From: Terriglobia bacterium
GTDB lineage: Bacteria; Acidobacteriota; Terriglobia; 20CM-2-55-15
Length of the DNA stretch: 64,000 bases
Direction of reading: 5' to 3'
Assembly: GCA_965198225.1 (NCBI GenBank)
Contig: CBDAOY010000004.1
Span: 224,001 to 288,000, forward strand
This document shows positions 60,257-64,000 of the stretch, in pieces. Position numbers and translations under genes: made by a program. The notes under the pieces were generated by a model, which worked only from the letters and a program-made list of their open reading frames with translations, was not told the origin of the DNA and made no database searches. How positions within the stretch are numbered: position 1 is the first letter of the stretch; the number at the start of each line of letters is the position of its first letter.

Positions 60257-62098
60257 CTACTCCCCTTCGTGTTTGAAGAACAATGCCGCAAGAGGCGGCA
60301 GGGTCAATTCCAGTGCGTAAGGTCGGCCGTGGCTCGGCTCCTCCAGGGTTTCCAGACCGCCCAGGTTCCCGCGACCTGATCCTCCGTAGAGGCTGGCGTC
60401 GCTGTTGAGCAGCTCCTTCCAGAACCCCCTCGCGGGCACCCCGATCCGGTACACTTGCCGCGGCATCGGGTTGAAGTTACAGATGACCAGTGCCGTGTCG
60501 TTCGAGTTCGCCGCTGTGCGGATGAAGCTCACTACGTTCTGGCTGACATCATTCCCGTCGATCCACTCAAAGCCTTCGGCCACACAGTCGCCGTGGTGCA
60601 GCGTTGGTTCGGTTCGGTAGGTACGGTTCAAGTCCCGAACCCAGTCCGACAGCATCCGGTGCCGCGGCGAGGCCAGAACTTCCCAGTCGAGTCCCTCGTC
60701 GTGCGCCCAAGAACCCTGGTGGCCGAACTCCGCGCCCATGAACAGGAGCTTCTTGCCCGGCTGCGCGTACATCCAGGCCAGGATCAGCCGGAGGCCTGCG
60801 AGCCGCTGCCATTCATCACCGGGCATTCGCGCGATCAGCGATTTCTGATCCCCGGAAAAGTCGTCGTGGGAAAAGGGAAGGACGAAGTTTTCATCATGGG
60901 CGTACAGCGAACGGAACGTGAGTGCGTCGTGGTGGTCGCTGCGTGCCGAAAAGTCCTGCGACACGTACCGCAGGATGTCGCGCGCCCAGCCGATATCCCA
61001 CTTCAGCTCGAACTCGAGCCCACCGACGTCTCCGGAATGAGTCACCCTCTCCCGAGCGCCGCTCTCTTCCGCGACCCTCAACACATCGGGGTAAGACTGA
61101 CGGATCTCCCGGTTCAGGCGGTGCAGGAAGTGAACCGCTTCAGGATCTTCGAGCATTTCGGTGACGGCGTCCACGCGCAGCCCGTCCGCGTGGTACCGGT
61201 CTAGCCAGAACATGGCGTTGCTGATCAGGAAACTCCGGACCTGGGGGCGGGAGTAGTCAAAGACATAGCTTTTCCAGTCGGGTTGTATCTTCCTTTTCGG
61301 GTCCGAGTGCTCGTAGAGGGCCGTTCCGTCGAAGTTGCCCAGGCCGAACTCATCGGTTGCGAAGTGGTACGGGACCCAGTCCAGGATGACGCCGATCCCG
61401 TTCTGGTGGAGGCAGTCGATCAGGTGCATGAGGTCCTGCGGTGTGCCGTACCGGCTCGTCGGAGCGAAATAGCCGCTCACCATATAGCCCCAGGAGCCGT
61501 AGAAAGGGTGCTCGGTGACCGGTAGGAACTCGACGTGTGTAAACCCAAGCTCCCTCAGGTAGGCAGGCAGGTCCACCGCCAACTGTCTGTATGTCGGGAG
61601 CCGATTACCATGCCGCCGCCATGAACCCAAATGCATCTCGTAGATGGTGATCGGGGAACTCAAGCTGTTTCGCCGTCCGCGGCCGTCCATCCAACCGGCA
61701 TCCGACCACTCGTAGTCCAACGACCAGACCCTGGAGGCGGTCGCGGGCGGCTGCTCGGCCTGGAAGGCATAGGGATCAGCCTTGTCCACGCTCGACCCGT
61801 CTGCCCGCGTGACGCGGTATTTGTAAAGGGCGCCGGTTTCCACAGATTCAACCCGGCACTCCCAGATACCCGCACTCGTCCGCTCGAGCGGCGTCGCCGT
61901 GGGATCCCAGTTGTTGAATTCGCCCACAAGGGTGACCGCGCGCGCGTTCGGAGCCCAGAGGGCGAAGCGCGTTCCCTCGAAGTCGGTCGAGGACACCGCG
62001 CACGCCCCGAGTTTCTCGTACAGTCGGAAGTGGGTTCCCTCTTCGAACAGATGTCGATCGTAGTCGGTGAGGATCGAGTTCGAATCGATTCGTGGCAT
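60257..62098 (-). CDS. glgB: 1,4-alpha-glucan branching enzyme (divergent)
   Basis: FALWAPNA, IYEMHLGSW, SWGY, GLRVDAV, AEES, SHD, PGKKLLFMG. Confidence 0.9.
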   Translation of the reverse strand: MPRIDSNSILTDYDRHLFEEGTHFRLYEKLGACAVSSTDFEGTRFALWAPNARAVTLVGEFNNWDPTATPLERTSAGIWECRVESVETGALYKYRVTRADGSSVDKADPYAFQAEQPPATASRVWSLDYEWSDAGWMDGRGRRNSLSSPITIYEMHLGSWRRHGNRLPTYRQLAVDLPAYLRELGFTHVEFLPVTEHPFYGSWGYMVSGYFAPTSRYGTPQDLMHLIDCLHQNGIGVILDWVPYHFATDEFGLGNFDGTALYEHSDPKRKIQPDWKSYVFDYSRPQVRSFLISNAMFWLDRYHADGLRVDAVTEMLEDPEAVHFLHRLNREIRQSYPDVLRVAEESGARERVTHSGDVGGLEFELKWDIGWARDILRYVSQDFSARSDHHDALTFRSLYAHDENFVLPFSHDDFSGDQKSLIARMPGDEWQRLAGLRLILAWMYAQPGKKLLFMGAEFGHQGSWAHDEGLDWEVLASPRHRMLSDWVRDLNRTYRTEPTLHHGDCVAEGFEWIDGNDVSQNVVSFIRTAANSNDTALVICNFNPMPRQVYRIGVPARGFWKELLNSDASLYGGSGRGNLGGLETLEEPSHGRPYALELTLPPLAALFFKHEGE

Positions 62099-62229
62099 GT
62101 TGGGGCAGTCGAGGTGGAACCCGGCTTGCCTACTTACTTTACTACGGACAGGTCCTAGCCCGGATTTCTCGCAAGAAATCCGGGCGACCGCGTTTTCACG
62201 TAAGAGAACCTGCTTCGACTCAATGGCTC

Positions 62230-62412
62230 GTGTAGGTGCGCTCTATGAGCGGAACCATCTATTAGCGTCGGGCCCACCGTCCCCCTCACGACGAAAGACT
62301 GAATGTTCACGGACCGAATTGCAGTGCGTGGGTTCGCCGAGAAAGACAGTTGGTCCGGTCCCCCACGCCATCCTTGACCCTAACAGTGTGCGGTCATAGA
62401 CCGCACCTACAC
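62230..62412. repeat. Long-form REP-bounded element
   Basis: REP ends flanking ~130 bp with blocks shared with 57385-57530. Confidence 0.8.
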
Positions 62413-62588
62413 TCCGGTTGGACGCGGGCTTGTCCAGAATCAGGAGAGAAACTCGGGTTAGCTGGGTTGTAGAATGGAGATCCATGAAGCTGAAGACGAC
62501 CTCGGACAGGAAATGGACGGCGTTCGCTGGCCCCGGAGGAATGCACCTTCCTGGTCACGTCTGACGCGGGAATCGAAGTCACCGAGGA

Positions 62589-63344
62589 ATGACGTCTATG
62601 CTGACGCACCGACCTTACAGTCTCATCGCTCTCTGGTTTACGCTGCTCGCTGCGTGCGCGCCGGAACCGGCCGTGCTACCGGAATTCGCCGAACCCGAGC
62701 TTGTCGACGCGGAAGCGATCTTCCGTGAGATGGAATCGACTCTGGTTTCCGCGGACACGGTGCATTTCCAGTGTTCCATCACTTCCGAAGGAGTGGTGTC
62801 GAGCGATCTCGCCGGCAGCCTGTGGCTCGCGTCCGGGAACCGGACGCGCATCGACGTTGCGGGGACGTTTGCCGCCGAAGCGGTCGAGCTGACCTTGCTC
62901 TCGGACGGGACGCGGTTGGCCGGCGGTTCCGGGGCAGCAACCTTCGACATCGAGACTCCCGTCGGATTGCGTGAGGCGATTCTCATCGGCGCGACGCGGA
63001 TGGGCCTGTTGCACAACCTGGCCATGCTGACCGGAGGCGCACCGCCTGATCGGGCGGACGGATCGGTGCGGGAATGGGTTCAGGCGTCGGGTTTCACGAC
63101 CGGAGAGGTTGAGGTGATCGACGGAGCGGCGGCGCGGCCGATCCGGTTTGAACTTACCGTCGCCGGGCAGCCCTCCGGGGTGGCCGAGTTGTGGGTCGAC
63201 ACGGACTCGGGTCTCCCGGTGAGGCGCAACCAGACGGTGCATTTCGATGGGGGCGACATGCGGGTCGTCGAGATATATTCCCTGGTCGAGCTGGACGGAA
63301 ATCCATCGCCGGACGCGTTCATCAGAGCGGTCCGGGACGAATAA
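62589..63344 (+). CDS. Hypothetical lipoprotein, LolA-like
   Basis: LAAC lipobox; LWVDTDSGLPVRR and terminal DAF motif. Confidence 0.7.
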   Translation: MTSMLTHRPYSLIALWFTLLAACAPEPAVLPEFAEPELVDAEAIFREMESTLVSADTVHFQCSITSEGVVSSDLAGSLWLASGNRTRIDVAGTFAAEAVELTLLSDGTRLAGGSGAATFDIETPVGLREAILIGATRMGLLHNLAMLTGGAPPDRADGSVREWVQASGFTTGEVEVIDGAAARPIRFELTVAGQPSGVAELWVDTDSGLPVRRNQTVHFDGGDMRVVEIYSLVELDGNPSPDAFIRAVRDE

Positions 63345-63436
63345 TCCCGCTTCGTCGGCCCTGCTTCGGACTTCTTCGCGCATTGACGTTTTCCACCCGA
63401 TCCCGGAAGATGGGACCGCGTTTCCGGAGGCCAGAA

Positions 63437-64000
63437 ATGAGAAAGAGAATTCTACGTTTGGGCGTCGTCCCGGCCGTTTTGCTCGGGCTGATCGCGCCGC
63501 CGTCAGTCCTGTCGCAGAGTGGAAGCCGGTCCGAACTCCTGGCCCGAATCGACGATAGCGTCGAGGCCACGATGGAGCGAGATCACGTCATCGGGATGTC
63601 GATTGGCGTCAAGAAGAACGGTGAGGTCATCGTCGCAAAGGGTTACGGTTATGCGGATCTGGAGAACGATGTCCGCGCGACTGAGCACACGGTCTACCGG
63701 ATTGGCTCGATCACCAAACAGTTCACCGCGGCTTCCATCATGAAACTGGTCGAGGCCGGCATGTTGAGTCTGGATGACGAACTGACGGCATTCTTGCCGG
63801 ATTATTCGACCGCCGGCCACAACATAACGATCGACCGGCTCCTGAACCATACCTCGGGCATCAAGGGCTACACGGAAATGGAGGCCTTCGGCGAGGTAAT
63901 GCGGGAGGACCTCTCGCAGGAGGAACTCATCGCGTTGTTTTCCGCGGAACCCTTCGAGTTTGCTCCCGGCGAGAAGTACCAGTACAACAACTCCGCCTAC
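63437..64000 (+). CDS. Serine hydrolase (beta-lactamase family), 5' part
   Basis: Manual translation MRKRILRLG...YRIGSITKQF (SxxK)...LLNHTSG...YQYNNSAY; open at window end. Confidence 0.92.
   Translation, partial: MRKRILRLGVVPAVLLGLIAPPSVLSQSGSRSELLARIDDSVEATMERDHVIGMSIGVKKNGEVIVAKGYGYADLENDVRATEHTVYRIGSITKQFTAASIMKLVEAGMLSLDDELTAFLPDYSTAGHNITIDRLLNHTSGIKGYTEMEAFGEVMREDLSQEELIALFSAEPFEFAPGEKYQYNNSAY

Noticed and set aside
9967-62412. GTGTAGG...CCTACAC units as a CRISPR array
   Set aside because: Dispersed, inverted pairs with related ~20-bp spacers; no tandem array or cas genes

Overview
GC-rich bacterial window rich in predicted exported proteins; the gene repertoire (DUF1592-DUF1552-ankyrin cassette, PQQ-like propellers, RGG linkers) is suggestive of Acidobacteriota but this is inference. 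It holds housekeeping genes (fabI, pckA, pyrE, glgB), a signal-peptide YD/RHS protein with no evident toxin tip, a giant TSP3/FG-GAP repeat surface protein, a Phd-ParE toxin-antitoxin pair and a VTC-DUF4956-CotH operon. Most notable: two different secreted FG-GAP proteins 32 kb apart end in the same C-terminal module plus a (Lys-Ser-x)n tail and share 3' flanking DNA; one lies about 3 kb from the polyphosphate polymerase/CotH kinase operon, suggesting an extracellular phosphorylation or polyP system (hypothesis). Intergenic DNA carries about 12 GTAG-type REP/REPIN elements with compensatory stem changes, a CTAG-bounded MITE family and other short repeats. Several 1-2 bp frameshifts and scrambled repeat junctions suggest sequence/assembly error, so pseudogene calls are provisional. 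No rRNA, tRNA or CRISPR array was seen. All family assignments are by eye from motifs; no searches were run.
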